Assembly (NCBI GenBank): GCA_016933055.1
Contig: JAFGBS010000004.1
Coordinates: 1 to 32,000 of the forward strand
Direction: 5' to 3'
From: Promethearchaeota archaeon
GTDB taxonomy: Archaea > Asgardarchaeota > Lokiarchaeia > Sigyniarchaeales > Promethearchaeaceae
Length of the DNA stretch: 32,000 nucleotides
Shown: piece after piece, positions 11,982 to 21,865 of the stretch
Position numbering within the stretch: the first letter of the stretch is position 1
Layout of the letters: each line of letters begins with the position of its first letter
The notes under the pieces: generated by a model
The model's input: only the letters and a program-made list of their open reading frames with translations
Databases searched by the model: none
What the model was told of the DNA's origin: nothing
Position numbers and translations under genes: made by a program

Positions 11982-13229
11982 TTATTGAATTTTACCAAAT
12001 CTTTTTCTCTTTTTTTCTCTTTTGTCCACAATTAATACTACAAGGATACAGAAAAACATCATGGTACATAACACAAGAAGAGGAATTGAATTCCAATACA
12101 CCAAAATCAAACCTCCAAGCATTGGTGCAAAGATCTGGGTAAGGCTGGTAAGTGAGTTGTTGATCCCGAGAAGAGTTGCATATTCCTTCTCACCAACACT
12201 GTTAGTTAGCCTGCTTGTAAGCACCGGACGTGCTGTTCCCGTTCCATATGCCAGAAAGGTCAGCGGAATAAAAGCGATCCAATAAATGGTGCTAATAGTG
12301 CTAAGTCCATATCCAATCATTGCTAGAATTAACGCAATTGTCCCACTAAACAAAATATTATCTTCCCCAAATGCACGAATCAAGCGTTCCACAACAAGGA
12401 ATTGTAGGATTACCCGAACAATCCCGATCCAAGTATGATATAATCCACCGAGTTCTGCAGTCAACCCAAATTCCTCAATTGCGATTAAGAGAAAAGTGCG
12501 AATGAACATAAAAAAACCTGTACTATAGAGAAAAAACAGCAACAGATTACGTCGGATGGGTTTCACTTTTGAAAACCGATTGATTTCTTTCACAGGAATA
12601 ATATCATTAAAACTTAGGGCTATAGTGGCTGGTCTATGAATATAAGTTTCCGGTAATACAGTGAACACTAGTGCTATGGATAGAAGTGAGATCCCCGCCG
12701 CCAAAAACATAGGTAATGCATATTTTAGGGTAGTTAAAGTTGATAGGAATCCACCTAGAACAGGACCAAGGATTAAAGCGGCCCCAAACACACCTGAAGA
12801 GATAGTAAATGCCTGTGTTCGAGTTTTTGGAGTAGTGATATCGGCCAAAGATGCCTGGATCACCGTCATATTACTTCCTAGGAGACCGTCTACAATTCTG
12901 GCAAGTACTAATAACCAAACTCCATTAACAAACCCTGAAAATCCCAATAGAATGAAACCCGTTAGTGTAGTAAATTGACTAAATATCAATAGGGGCTTGC
13001 GCCCATATTTATCACTAAGTTTACCGATGATTGGGCTGGAAAATAACTGGCATAAGCTAAAAATGCTGGAGAGGAGTCCGATCTCGAATTCATTCAATCC
13101 CAAATCCGTTGCAAGAAACGGGATAACGGGAATCATGATAGAAAACCCCAAAATTTCGGTGAACTGAATCAACATGAGAGTAAAAAGGATTTTTCGAGGA
13201 ATGGGGGTTGACTCAGCTTCCATATCCAT
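11982..13229 (-). CDS. MFS transporter, DHA1/TetA-like
   Basis: Motif A GKLSDKYGRKP, ARIVDG and motif C GPVLGGFL; about 12 TM helices. Confidence 0.93.
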   Translation of the reverse strand: MDMEAESTPIPRKILFTLMLIQFTEILGFSIMIPVIPFLATDLGLNEFEIGLLSSIFSLCQLFSSPIIGKLSDKYGRKPLLIFSQFTTLTGFILLGFSGFVNGVWLLVLARIVDGLLGSNMTVIQASLADITTPKTRTQAFTISSGVFGAALILGPVLGGFLSTLTTLKYALPMFLAAGISLLSIALVFTVLPETYIHRPATIALSFNDIIPVKEINRFSKVKPIRRNLLLFFLYSTGFFMFIRTFLLIAIEEFGLTAELGGLYHTWIGIVRVILQFLVVERLIRAFGEDNILFSGTIALILAMIGYGLSTISTIYWIAFIPLTFLAYGTGTARPVLTSRLTNSVGEKEYATLLGINNSLTSLTQIFAPMLGGLILVYWNSIPLLVLCTMMFFCILVVLIVDKREKKRKRFGKIQ

Positions 13230-13294
13230 CTAAATGGGAGCTATTGTAAAAACGTAGTGTAAATGAAAAATAATATAAGGGGAATTTATCGGGG

Positions 13295-13990
13295 TTATTG
13301 GGTGCAACCATCCGCATCGGGACATGTGCAGCAAATTGTTTTATTGTAGGTAGTGGACAAATATTCGTAGATCGCCTTTGCAGCGGGAGATGAATACAAG
13401 TACGGACACACGACAGTATTTTTCATCTCTAGCATGAAATGAAGGTGAGAGTATTCTTCTCCCGTGCATAGCAAGCGTGCAATCCGATCACCCTTAGTTA
13501 TTTCCTGTCCTTTTATGACATAAATATTATCCCGCTGCAATTGGTTTTCGTGTTCGGTAGTCGCCATTGGTTCAATTACATATTTCACTGTCCAACCACG
13601 TGCGATGGTTACATATACATTGAACATGATTTTTCCTCCAGCATACGTATTTCCAGATTCCTCTATTTTTGTGACTGTTCCATCCGCTACAGCGAGAATT
13701 CCCGTCCAATTATTTGGATTTATTGGAAAGTCAATTCCATTGTGGTAAACTCCGGGTTCTCCCCAATTACTTATATTGAATCCGTTAAAATCTGTTAGAT
13801 TGAGTGCGTCCCCCTCCATAGGAAATTCGATTGGGGGACATTCTTCTGTCAATAGATAGAGGGGACTTTTTGGATAAAGAAAAATAAAACCCGCAATCCC
13901 TATGATAATGATACTTATGAATGTGATGAAAATTTTTGGTCCTTGTTTCATAGGAGTTAATCGGTACTTGGTCAATTTAGATTTATTCAT
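13295..13990 (-). CDS. Membrane-anchored M23-family zinc metallopeptidase
   Basis: N-terminal TM helix, HNGID (HxxxD), AVADGTV, V.KGQ.I.KGD.IA and HLHF (HxH). Confidence 0.85.
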   Translation of the reverse strand: MNKSKLTKYRLTPMKQGPKIFITFISIIIIGIAGFIFLYPKSPLYLLTEECPPIEFPMEGDALNLTDFNGFNISNWGEPGVYHNGIDFPINPNNWTGILAVADGTVTKIEESGNTYAGGKIMFNVYVTIARGWTVKYVIEPMATTEHENQLQRDNIYVIKGQEITKGDRIARLLCTGEEYSHLHFMLEMKNTVVCPYLYSSPAAKAIYEYLSTTYNKTICCTCPDADGCTQ

Positions 13991-14091
13991 TTCCCAATCT
14001 CCTCAAGATTTTATTTCTTCGGAACAAAATAAATAAGTAGAATTTCAAAGCACTGTATAATAAGTAAAAAACAAGTTTTAAGGCTCATATC

Positions 14092-15639
14092 ATGGTGAAA
14101 AAAGAGAAGAAAAAAGTAGCGATCATTGGAGCTGGTATTGCAGGACTGCTGGCAGGTGCCTATGCTGCTCAAAAAGGGTATGATGTTAAAGTATTTGAGC
14201 AATGGTACCAGATTGGAGGAGTGATGGCTCCTTATGAAGATGAGAACGGGTATAAGTGGGACCTTGGTCAATTGCTGATCGAAGGGTTAGGACCAGATGA
14301 GCCCTTTGGAATGATTTTAAGGGAAATTGGTGTAGCAGACAAGGTAGGTGTTAAAAGAGACGACCGAGAATATTTTTTCCCCGATTTTAAGTTGGAAAAA
14401 CCCAAGGAATATCAGGGAGTAAAATGGCGATTAGAAAAACTAAACGAACTCTTCCCAGAAGATGCAAAAGGATTGGAGGAATACTGGCGATATTATAAAA
14501 AATTTATGAAAATTATGACCTTTGTACATAGTTTGGAATTCTCAAAAGGTTTGAAAGCCTTTTTCACAAAAATCCGTTTATATTTTAATTTAACACCCTT
14601 CGCATCGAAACAGAACTGGAATGCATCTCAGCTTATGGAATCCTTCTTTAAAAGTGAAAAACTTCGGATGGTGTTTATCTCAATTCTGGCTGACTTTTTT
14701 GTGCGTCCAAGTCAATTTATGGGATTGGGAGTGTTTGCTTTAAATCCCGAACCGTCTTTTGATAAACGAATTCCCGCAAAATTGAGTTGGAATATCAAAC
14801 AACTATACTATTACAGTATATTGGGGGGATGTAGCAACATAACAAGTGCAATCGGAGAACGAATTCAAGAGTTGGGAGGTGAAATCCATCTCAATACTCC
14901 TGTTACTAAAATAAATGTAGAACATGGTAGAGTAAAAGGATTAACCACTAAAGACGGACTAATATATGAAGCAGATATAGTGATTGGTAGTGGGGGGGCT
15001 CGTGAGATTTTCTTCAAATTGTTTGAGGAGGGAGTATTGCCCGAAGATTTCAAAAAGAAGATTGAGGATGTGCCGCTAATGGATTCGATCTTTATGGTGC
15101 ATCTTGGATTAGATCCGGCGTATAAAATCAATACCTATCTCAATGGAGTCTGCACATATTGCTATGGTACTTATGATTTGGAAAGCGGGATCGACAAAGC
15201 ACTTTCGGGAAATTACCATGAAGGTAAAGATGGATTTGTTATACATATTCCTTCGTTGCATAGTCCCGATATGGCTCCACAAGGACACACTGCGATGACT
15301 ATTTACACGGTTGCACCAGACACCTTAACGGAAGGAAAGTGGCAAGATAAAAGGGACTACTATGGTGATAAATTATTGGAATACGCGGAGAAATATCTAC
15401 CTGATTTGCGAAACTATATAATAGTAAAAGCAATTATTACTCCGGATGATTGGAAGAAGCGGACCTATTTGGATCACCATGCATTCGGTGGGATTGCACC
15501 TATTATGGGGAAAAAAGGTGCTCCTCATGAAACTCCTATAGAGGATTTCTGGTTTATAGGTCATCAATCCGAAAGCGGTGGGGGAGTTCAAGCGGTTGCT
15601 ATAGATGTACGGCGAGTAATGAAGAAAATCCTCAAGTGA
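14092..15639 (+). CDS. FAD-dependent oxidoreductase, phytoene desaturase/retinol saturase-like family
   Basis: GAGIAGL Rossmann motif, IGG, GGEIHLNTPVTKI, TP.DW and the C-terminal G......GGGV motif. Confidence 0.9.
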   Translation: MVKKEKKKVAIIGAGIAGLLAGAYAAQKGYDVKVFEQWYQIGGVMAPYEDENGYKWDLGQLLIEGLGPDEPFGMILREIGVADKVGVKRDDREYFFPDFKLEKPKEYQGVKWRLEKLNELFPEDAKGLEEYWRYYKKFMKIMTFVHSLEFSKGLKAFFTKIRLYFNLTPFASKQNWNASQLMESFFKSEKLRMVFISILADFFVRPSQFMGLGVFALNPEPSFDKRIPAKLSWNIKQLYYYSILGGCSNITSAIGERIQELGGEIHLNTPVTKINVEHGRVKGLTTKDGLIYEADIVIGSGGAREIFFKLFEEGVLPEDFKKKIEDVPLMDSIFMVHLGLDPAYKINTYLNGVCTYCYGTYDLESGIDKALSGNYHEGKDGFVIHIPSLHSPDMAPQGHTAMTIYTVAPDTLTEGKWQDKRDYYGDKLLEYAEKYLPDLRNYIIVKAIITPDDWKKRTYLDHHAFGGIAPIMGKKGAPHETPIEDFWFIGHQSESGGGVQAVAIDVRRVMKKILK

Positions 15640-15721
15640 TTTTCTAGTACATTTTCTTCTCACAAGTTTGTCTCGGATTAGAGACATAACCTTTTTATTT
15701 TTAATTCAAGAAAGAGAGGAC

Positions 15722-17296
15722 ATGTCAAAGGATTATGTCATTTCAGTGGATATTGGTACCTCAGAGATGAAATCAAGCCTTATCTCCACTTCGGGTTTGA
15801 TTAATGATGTACGTCGAACCTATCCCGTAGAATTCCCTAAACCAGGATGGGCAGAACAAGATCCCAATCTGATTTCTGATGCACTATATAGTTCGGTTAA
15901 GGAATTAGTGCAGAAAAATTCGGATGAGATCCAATATGTGCGCGGTATCACATTCACTTCTCAAATGATGGGATTACTCCCTTTAGATAAGACAGGTAAA
16001 CCATTAAGTAAAATGCTAACATGGTTAGATACCCGTTCAGCAGAATTGATTAAATTAGTATTTTCTAAGGGTCTTATTAAAATCGAAGGATACAAAGCTC
16101 GGACTATCTTAAAATTCCTTAACATTACAGGGGGTGCTCCTGGTTTTTCAGGAAAAGATAACATTAGTAAAATGGCTTGGCTTAAAGAATATCAACCGGA
16201 AATATATGCCAAAACTCATAAATTCGTAGATACAAAAGACTATGCCGTTTATCTCGCAACGGGTAAATATATTACCTCAGTAGATTTTGCATATATCAAT
16301 TGGATGATGGATTCTCGGAAAAAGCCATTTAAATGGTCAGAAGATATCTGTTTGTTGTTTGACATTGATAGTTCAAAATTATGTGATATTAAATTATCAA
16401 CGGCAAATCTTGGATCGATAAATAAGGACTTTGCGCAAAAAACGGGATTGCCAGAGCATATTCCCGTCATAAATGGTAGCGGGGATCTTCTCACTGCTGC
16501 AATAGGTTCAGGAGCAATAGGTAAAGCAAAATTACATGCTAATATTGGAACTGCAGGATGGGTGGGATGTCATTATCCTAAAGCCAAAAAAGACCTCTCG
16601 CATTATGTGGGCGCAATCGCTTCAGGAATTCCTGATACCTACTTGATCGTTTCCAAACAAGAAACTCTGGGAGGTGGTCTTGAATGGGTAAAAAATGTGA
16701 TGTTTCCTGAAGAATTTCATCAAAAATATTCCTCTAAGGAAATTTATCAACAAATTGATGAAATGGTGGAAAAATCTCCTGCTGGAGCGAATCATATTAT
16801 TTTTACCCCTTGGTTATTTGGAGAGCGTTCTCCTATAAATAACCCATATCTACGTGGACAATTTTTTAATTTTAGCATGGATCACAATCGTAAGGATCTC
16901 TTTAGAGCAGTATTCGAGGGAGTAGCATATAATCTTAAATGGGGATTAGATATCGTTGAAAAATTATCTAAAAAGAAAGAAAATGAAATAAGAGTAATAG
17001 GAGGTGCATCCAATTCTGAAGTATGGTGCCAAATCTTCGCAGACGTGTTTCAGAAAAAGGTCTTGCAGATGAAAGATCCCCAAATGGCAAGTGCCATAGG
17101 TGCCGCATGTATTGCATTTGTGGGTTTGGGCATTTTTACTGATTTTAAGCAGATCAATCAATTAATCGAAGTAAAGCAAACTTTTATTCCCGATTCTTCG
17201 AAAATGATAACCTATAATACACTATTCATGCAATATAAGGAGTTATATAAGAGGAACAAGAAAATATTCGAGCGTTTGAATAGGAATTTTATGTAA
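15722..17296 (+). CDS. FGGY-family carbohydrate kinase (xylulokinase-like)
   Basis: SVDIGTSEMKS, GWAEQDP, WLDTRS, GERSP, RAVFEGVAY and IGGASNS motifs. SD-like agagga precedes ATG 15722. Confidence 0.92.
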   Translation: MSKDYVISVDIGTSEMKSSLISTSGLINDVRRTYPVEFPKPGWAEQDPNLISDALYSSVKELVQKNSDEIQYVRGITFTSQMMGLLPLDKTGKPLSKMLTWLDTRSAELIKLVFSKGLIKIEGYKARTILKFLNITGGAPGFSGKDNISKMAWLKEYQPEIYAKTHKFVDTKDYAVYLATGKYITSVDFAYINWMMDSRKKPFKWSEDICLLFDIDSSKLCDIKLSTANLGSINKDFAQKTGLPEHIPVINGSGDLLTAAIGSGAIGKAKLHANIGTAGWVGCHYPKAKKDLSHYVGAIASGIPDTYLIVSKQETLGGGLEWVKNVMFPEEFHQKYSSKEIYQQIDEMVEKSPAGANHIIFTPWLFGERSPINNPYLRGQFFNFSMDHNRKDLFRAVFEGVAYNLKWGLDIVEKLSKKKENEIRVIGGASNSEVWCQIFADVFQKKVLQMKDPQMASAIGAACIAFVGLGIFTDFKQINQLIEVKQTFIPDSSKMITYNTLFMQYKELYKRNKKIFERLNRNFM

Positions 17297-17339
17297 GAAG
17301 AATAAAAAGAATGAGTATTCAGATGAACTAATTAAGAGC

Positions 17340-17813
17340 CTACAACCGTGCGATTAGGACGAATAATAGATAAGGAACGAATACGCACAGACTTATCCAA
17401 AATAGAACCGCAGCCATCCAAGCAATCGCACCTCCACCGAGATAGATTAAAAGTCCTGTTAAACTAGCAACCCATAAGAAGAGGAAATAAAATGCAAACA
17501 CCATGTAGATTCGACCAATTTTCTGCTCTCTTTTACTATTCTTGCTGAATTGGTAGGATCGCAATGTGATTAAAAAGAGAGGTAAAATCCATAAGTAAAT
17601 GCAGTAAAAAGAAAAAATCAATGAAAAGAGTGCGAGGTTATTATAAAAAACACTACCTAATATTATAAGAGATAATATAGTGGCTCCACCAAGACCTATA
17701 CTTATATAGTTTCGGCGCTGGTACTTTTTTTGGTCGGCGGCATCCCCATAGGAAAACATGGGTTCTTCTTTTTCTTTGGTATTATCGGGCATAAGTTTCC
17801 TTTTCAAATTCAC
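17340..17813 (-). CDS. Hypothetical membrane protein (~4 TM)
   Basis: 157-aa ORF dominated by hydrophobic segments. Confidence 0.7.
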   Translation of the reverse strand: MNLKRKLMPDNTKEKEEPMFSYGDAADQKKYQRRNYISIGLGGATILSLIILGSVFYNNLALFSLIFSFYCIYLWILPLFLITLRSYQFSKNSKREQKIGRIYMVFAFYFLFLWVASLTGLLIYLGGGAIAWMAAVLFWISLCVFVPYLLFVLIARL

Positions 17814-18070
17814 ATTAATTAAAATTTGGGTTATGTTTTTTGGGCTTTACATGAATTCCTTCAATTATGTAAAGTATGTACTTTTTTTAAACTTTGAATT
17901 AGCAGGGATTTTTAAAAATGTGACGGATTCACTTGGTCACTGTTTATACGGTAGAGAAAATGTTAAACGAGAAGGGATGCATGTATATGATGTAAGTACT
18001 TGAAAATACTTTCATATATACGTAATTTTTTAATGACAATAAATGTAATAGCTGTACTCGAATAGGTAGT

Positions 18071-19447
18071 GTGCTTATGGTCCAATCATCACAAACACAT
18101 ACAGTTATTACTGCTGTTAAACCTGTTATGAGAGATTTACCTCCATTACAGATTGCGTTAGACCTAATGAACATTGATAGAGCCATTGAGATCGCCAAAG
18201 AAGCGGTTGCAGGCGGAGCAACTTGGATAGAAGCGGGTACACCGCTGATAAAGTCTGAGGGAATGAATGCTGTTAGAAAGTTGCGAAAGACTTTTCCAGA
18301 TCTTACTATTGTTGCTGACATGAAAACATGCGATGCAGGCAGTGTAGAGGTTGAGATGGCTGCCCGAGCTGGTGCAAATGTTGTATTTATGCTTGGTATA
18401 AGCGATGACTCCAGTGTAAGGGAAGCTGTACTAGCAGGTAAAAAGTATGGCGTAAAAGTCGGTGCTGATTTAATTGATGTTAAAGATCCAATCAATCGAG
18501 CAATTGAACTAGAAAAAATGGGTATCGATATTATTTGTAGTCATGTTGGATTAGATCAACAAGTTTTAGGTGTAAATCCCATTGATGTTGTAGCTAAAAT
18601 TTCGGAAGCATGTAGTCCTAATGTTATAATTGCTGCTGCAGGTGGATTAAATTCAGAAACAGCTGTGAAAGCATTTGAGGCAGGAGCACAACTTATTATT
18701 GTAGGCGGAGCCCTCTATAAGTCCCCAAGTCCTGAAAATACGGCACGGACAATTCTAAAAGCCTTGAAAACCGGTAAACCCATTAAGACTCGTGATTTCA
18801 TCAAATATGATGAAGCACACTTAATAGATGCGTTTATGAAGGTTTCAACTTGTAATATTTCAGATGCTATGCACAAGAAAGGGGAAATGCGAGGATTAAA
18901 GCCCGTTTGGGGAGGAAATCCGAAAAAACCTTTAAAGTTTGCTGGGAGAGCGGTTACTGTCCGTACGTATTCCGGAGATTGGTCAAAACCAGTAGAAGCA
19001 ATTGATCATGCAAAACCTGGAGAAGTTATTGTAATCGATTCATGTGAGTCGGAAATTGCGTGTTGGGGCGAGCTTGCTACGAATTCGTGTATTTCCCAAG
19101 GAGTGGCAGCAGTGATAATAGATGGTGCTGCTAGAGACATTGATGATATTCGAAAGTTAGAATTCCCCGTCTTTGCACGGCATTTCACTCCAACCGCTGG
19201 AGAAAATCGTGGATTAGGAGAAATTAATGTTGCTATCGAATGTGCAACTCAACATGTTGAACCCGGAGACTGGATTATCGGAGATGAAAGTGGTATTGTA
19301 GTTGTTCCGAAGAAGATCGCGATGGAGATGGCAAACCGAGCTATTGATGTCAAGGAGAAAGAGGATCGAGTAAGAGAAGAGATCCGACGTGGTAGCACGC
19401 TTTCCCGGGTTCTCAAATTGAAAAAATGGGATAAAGTCATTGGGTAA
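18071..19447 (+). CDS. hps: 3-hexulose-6-phosphate synthase fused to an RraA/HMG-aldolase-like domain
   Basis: LQIALD, WIEAGTPLIKSEG and VADMKT.DAG (HPS barrel), then STCNISDAM, FAGRAVTVRT, WGEL and PGDWIIGDESGIVVVP (RraA-like). The real start may be ATG 18128. Confidence 0.93.
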   Translation: MLMVQSSQTHTVITAVKPVMRDLPPLQIALDLMNIDRAIEIAKEAVAGGATWIEAGTPLIKSEGMNAVRKLRKTFPDLTIVADMKTCDAGSVEVEMAARAGANVVFMLGISDDSSVREAVLAGKKYGVKVGADLIDVKDPINRAIELEKMGIDIICSHVGLDQQVLGVNPIDVVAKISEACSPNVIIAAAGGLNSETAVKAFEAGAQLIIVGGALYKSPSPENTARTILKALKTGKPIKTRDFIKYDEAHLIDAFMKVSTCNISDAMHKKGEMRGLKPVWGGNPKKPLKFAGRAVTVRTYSGDWSKPVEAIDHAKPGEVIVIDSCESEIACWGELATNSCISQGVAAVIIDGAARDIDDIRKLEFPVFARHFTPTAGENRGLGEINVAIECATQHVEPGDWIIGDESGIVVVPKKIAMEMANRAIDVKEKEDRVREEIRRGSTLSRVLKLKKWDKVIG

Positions 19448-19479
19448 TAACACAATTCAAACTTTCTAATTCTTTTCGC

Positions 19480-19606
19480 ATCAATGAGTTAGAACGTGTA
19501 TGTGACTGGTTTTTCAAGCATTTTTTGTATCACCCTACGCTTTCAAGCCACCTCCATGAGTTGAAAGAATCCATTTTATGGGTTCGAAGGCATAGAAGCC
19601 ACTATT
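19480..19606 (+). repeat. Dispersed intergenic repeat, copy 1 (contains hairpin 19535-19595)
   Basis: About 70% identical by manual alignment to 20312-20437; identical 20-nt core actggtttttcaagcatttt (19505-19524). Confidence 0.85.
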
Positions 19607-19752
19607 TCTCTATTCAATTATCCCTATCATTCCAAGAGGTTGACAATATAAAGTATGAATAAAATATTTTAAAACCGTAATCCAATCTAACTTTAGGTTA
19701 AAGGATGATTTATTCAATGGCATTATAAGAAGATAAAAGATGTTCTTGCTAT

Positions 19753-20118
19753 CTAACTTTCTAGGATTTCTTTTACTCGATACCTTACTATTTCGGTAAT
19801 CAAATCATACGGGATCTCGTTGTTTAATGGAAACTTAATAGATCCTTTGGATGTATCATAGTTTCCTAATTTATCTCTAAATGCTTCTATTGCTGAGGGA
19901 GTAGGATAAAATCCAATATGATTTTTAAACGCGGCAAAATGTACCAAATTTTTTTTAGCAAGTTTGAAAGTAGGAATTTGATAACTAATTGTTTCGGTCG
20001 CATTAGGAGCTAGTTCTCGTACAACATTACGTATTTGTAAAAGTATATTTTGAGATGTTTCAGGGAGGTTCATGATATATTCATTGACAGATGTAATTTT
20101 TTTTTTTATTTTTTTCAT
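19753..20118 (-). CDS. DUF1801 (YdhG-like) domain protein
   Basis: SVNEYI, ETISYQIPTF, LVHFAAFKNHIGFYP and KGSIKFPL..EIPYDLI motifs. Confidence 0.9.
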   Translation of the reverse strand: MKKIKKKITSVNEYIMNLPETSQNILLQIRNVVRELAPNATETISYQIPTFKLAKKNLVHFAAFKNHIGFYPTPSAIEAFRDKLGNYDTSKGSIKFPLNNEIPYDLITEIVRYRVKEILES

Positions 20119-20311
20119 ATACTAGCTGTTTTTTATTAATCTCCATAAAAATATCGGTTTTACGCTATAAGGACAATTGTAAGAGAATACGATTTAATCA
20201 CAACACGAAATTAATCACATAGATGAACTTATCGAAGTAGAACTGATTTATATGAAGAAAAAAGGACGTAAGAAACAAAATTATGTGTCTTCAAAATCAG
20301 ATTAGATTTAT

Positions 20312-20437
20312 ATCAAAGAGTTACAATGTGTATGAAACTGGTTTTTCAAGCATTTTCTCTAGCGAACTACGCTTTTAAGTCTATTTCATGAATTTAATAG
20401 CCTATTTCGTGGATTTGAAAGTATAGGTGTCGCTATT
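20312..20437 (+). repeat. Dispersed intergenic repeat, copy 2 (contains hairpin 20367-20426)
   Basis: Same orientation as copy 1, 832 bp downstream; identical core at 20337-20356. Confidence 0.85.
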
Positions 20438-20477
20438 AGTTAATCCGAGCGTCATTGTTCGTTCTATAATGTCGACA

Positions 20478-20804
20478 TTATACCTTGCTTTTTTTAATTA
20501 GTAAATTTCCACATGTAGGGCAGAAATAATTTTTATAGGTTTTAACGGAATACCAGGTCTTACAAGTAGTACAAAATAAAGCAAACAGCATATGAGTATT
20601 GCATTGAGGGCAAACTTTCTCTGAAATATCGTCAGATACCATAAAATAGTTACATTTCGGACAACGTCGTATATGATACTTCTGCATCTCTTTTTGAGTA
20701 TATTCCTTTAGGAATTTCTGCTCGTACTCATCCACACTAAATTCTTCATTATCGGATTCTTCATTCTCGTTAGGAGGGAGATTATTGCCATCGCTGTCTG
20801 TCAT
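20478..20804 (-). CDS. Acidic N-terminus + double zinc-ribbon protein
   Basis: Four CxxC pairs (CPKC, CPQC, CTTC, CPTC) after an E/D-rich segment. Confidence 0.8.
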   Translation of the reverse strand: MTDSDGNNLPPNENEESDNEEFSVDEYEQKFLKEYTQKEMQKYHIRRCPKCNYFMVSDDISEKVCPQCNTHMLFALFCTTCKTWYSVKTYKNYFCPTCGNLLIKKSKV

Positions 20805-20818
20805 ACCAATTCACTTGA

Positions 20819-21790
20819 CTAGAAATAATCGTCGAGACTTTTTTGGAGTTTCGCTTTCGATTCATCTTGAAAGGAACAAGATGTATCATGTAAAGTGTAC
20901 AATGGTTTCTGTAGACAACTTAAATCGTGTTTATGAGGAAGGTGCATCTGTTGGGCTAAATAAAGCGCATTTTTCACTGCGTATCCCGAAAAATGATTGT
21001 TGAAGTAAATTGCAACTTTCCGTTTTTTGGGCTGGTTTATGGTAGCTTGAGCCGATTGTACGATGGGATTTAATTTTTCCGCCCACTCATTTAGCTGTTC
21101 TTCAGAAAAATTATAATTAAACCAAGGTTTCTGTCCGTATCCATGAAACCTTATGTAAAACAAATCCTCATTGGTTATATCTAATCTGGGAGGGAGTAAT
21201 GGTTCCACAACAGCGCAATATACTAATCCGTACGCGCGTAACAATGCAAAAGATTCTTCTTTCAGCCAATTTTTATGCCGAAATTCTACCACAATGTACG
21301 GAGGTTTTATGTGTTTCGAAATAAAGTGCTGTTGGACGTAGTCCTGCCAGTATTGGGCAAATTTCTCCATACGATCATAATGTAGTTCCTCTTCCTTCCC
21401 AAATGAGGGAGGTAACTGTAAAAGTAGTGAAAGCAATTTTTCTTGTTCATATAGAGGTCGAATTTGATGCATGAATAGGATAAAAGGGTCCACTGCTTTT
21501 GACAAATCCAGCTTCGCATCATGAGTTATTAGTTTAGGAATTTTTGCACTATAGATTAGTGGCCTCCTTGCCCATGCTTCTGTGGATTGTAGGTTTGGAA
21601 TATTATAAAATGTCGAATTGATTTCGGTAGAATAAAAAAATCGCGTGTAATATTCTAACATATCAGAATCTTTCAAATTCTTCGGATATACCACTCCTTT
21701 CCAATCATTAGGATAATAATAGCCTGAAGTCCCTAGAAATACCACTTCTGGGGACATTTGATCCGCCATAGGATTCATAATGTCGTACAC
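20819..21790 (-). CDS. DUF72 (YecE-like) TIM-barrel protein
   Basis: LGTSGYYY..W.G.VYP, STEINSTFYNIP, LLQLPPSF, VEFRHKNW, YIRFHG and YFNNH motifs. Confidence 0.92.
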   Translation of the reverse strand: MYDIMNPMADQMSPEVVFLGTSGYYYPNDWKGVVYPKNLKDSDMLEYYTRFFYSTEINSTFYNIPNLQSTEAWARRPLIYSAKIPKLITHDAKLDLSKAVDPFILFMHQIRPLYEQEKLLSLLLQLPPSFGKEEELHYDRMEKFAQYWQDYVQQHFISKHIKPPYIVVEFRHKNWLKEESFALLRAYGLVYCAVVEPLLPPRLDITNEDLFYIRFHGYGQKPWFNYNFSEEQLNEWAEKLNPIVQSAQATINQPKKRKVAIYFNNHFSGYAVKNALYLAQQMHLPHKHDLSCLQKPLYTLHDTSCSFQDESKAKLQKSLDDYF

Positions 21791-21865
21791 TTTATAATTC
21801 TGAATAGTATGAAATCTAAAAATTGTTTTAATGGATCTTCTTTTATATTACTTATTTCAAGCTAA

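Noticed and set aside
14092-15639. Carotenoid biosynthesis cluster
   Set aside because: No phytoene synthase, cyclase or prenyltransferase nearby; the family includes many non-carotenoid enzymes.
17944-18495. 183-aa minus-strand ORF
   Set aside because: Antisense shadow of the well-conserved HPS domain.
19480-20437. CRISPR array or SECIS element
   Set aside because: Only two long, degenerate copies 832 bp apart enclosing a gene, with no cas genes. AUGA is present in both, but no adjacent gene has an in-frame UGA.
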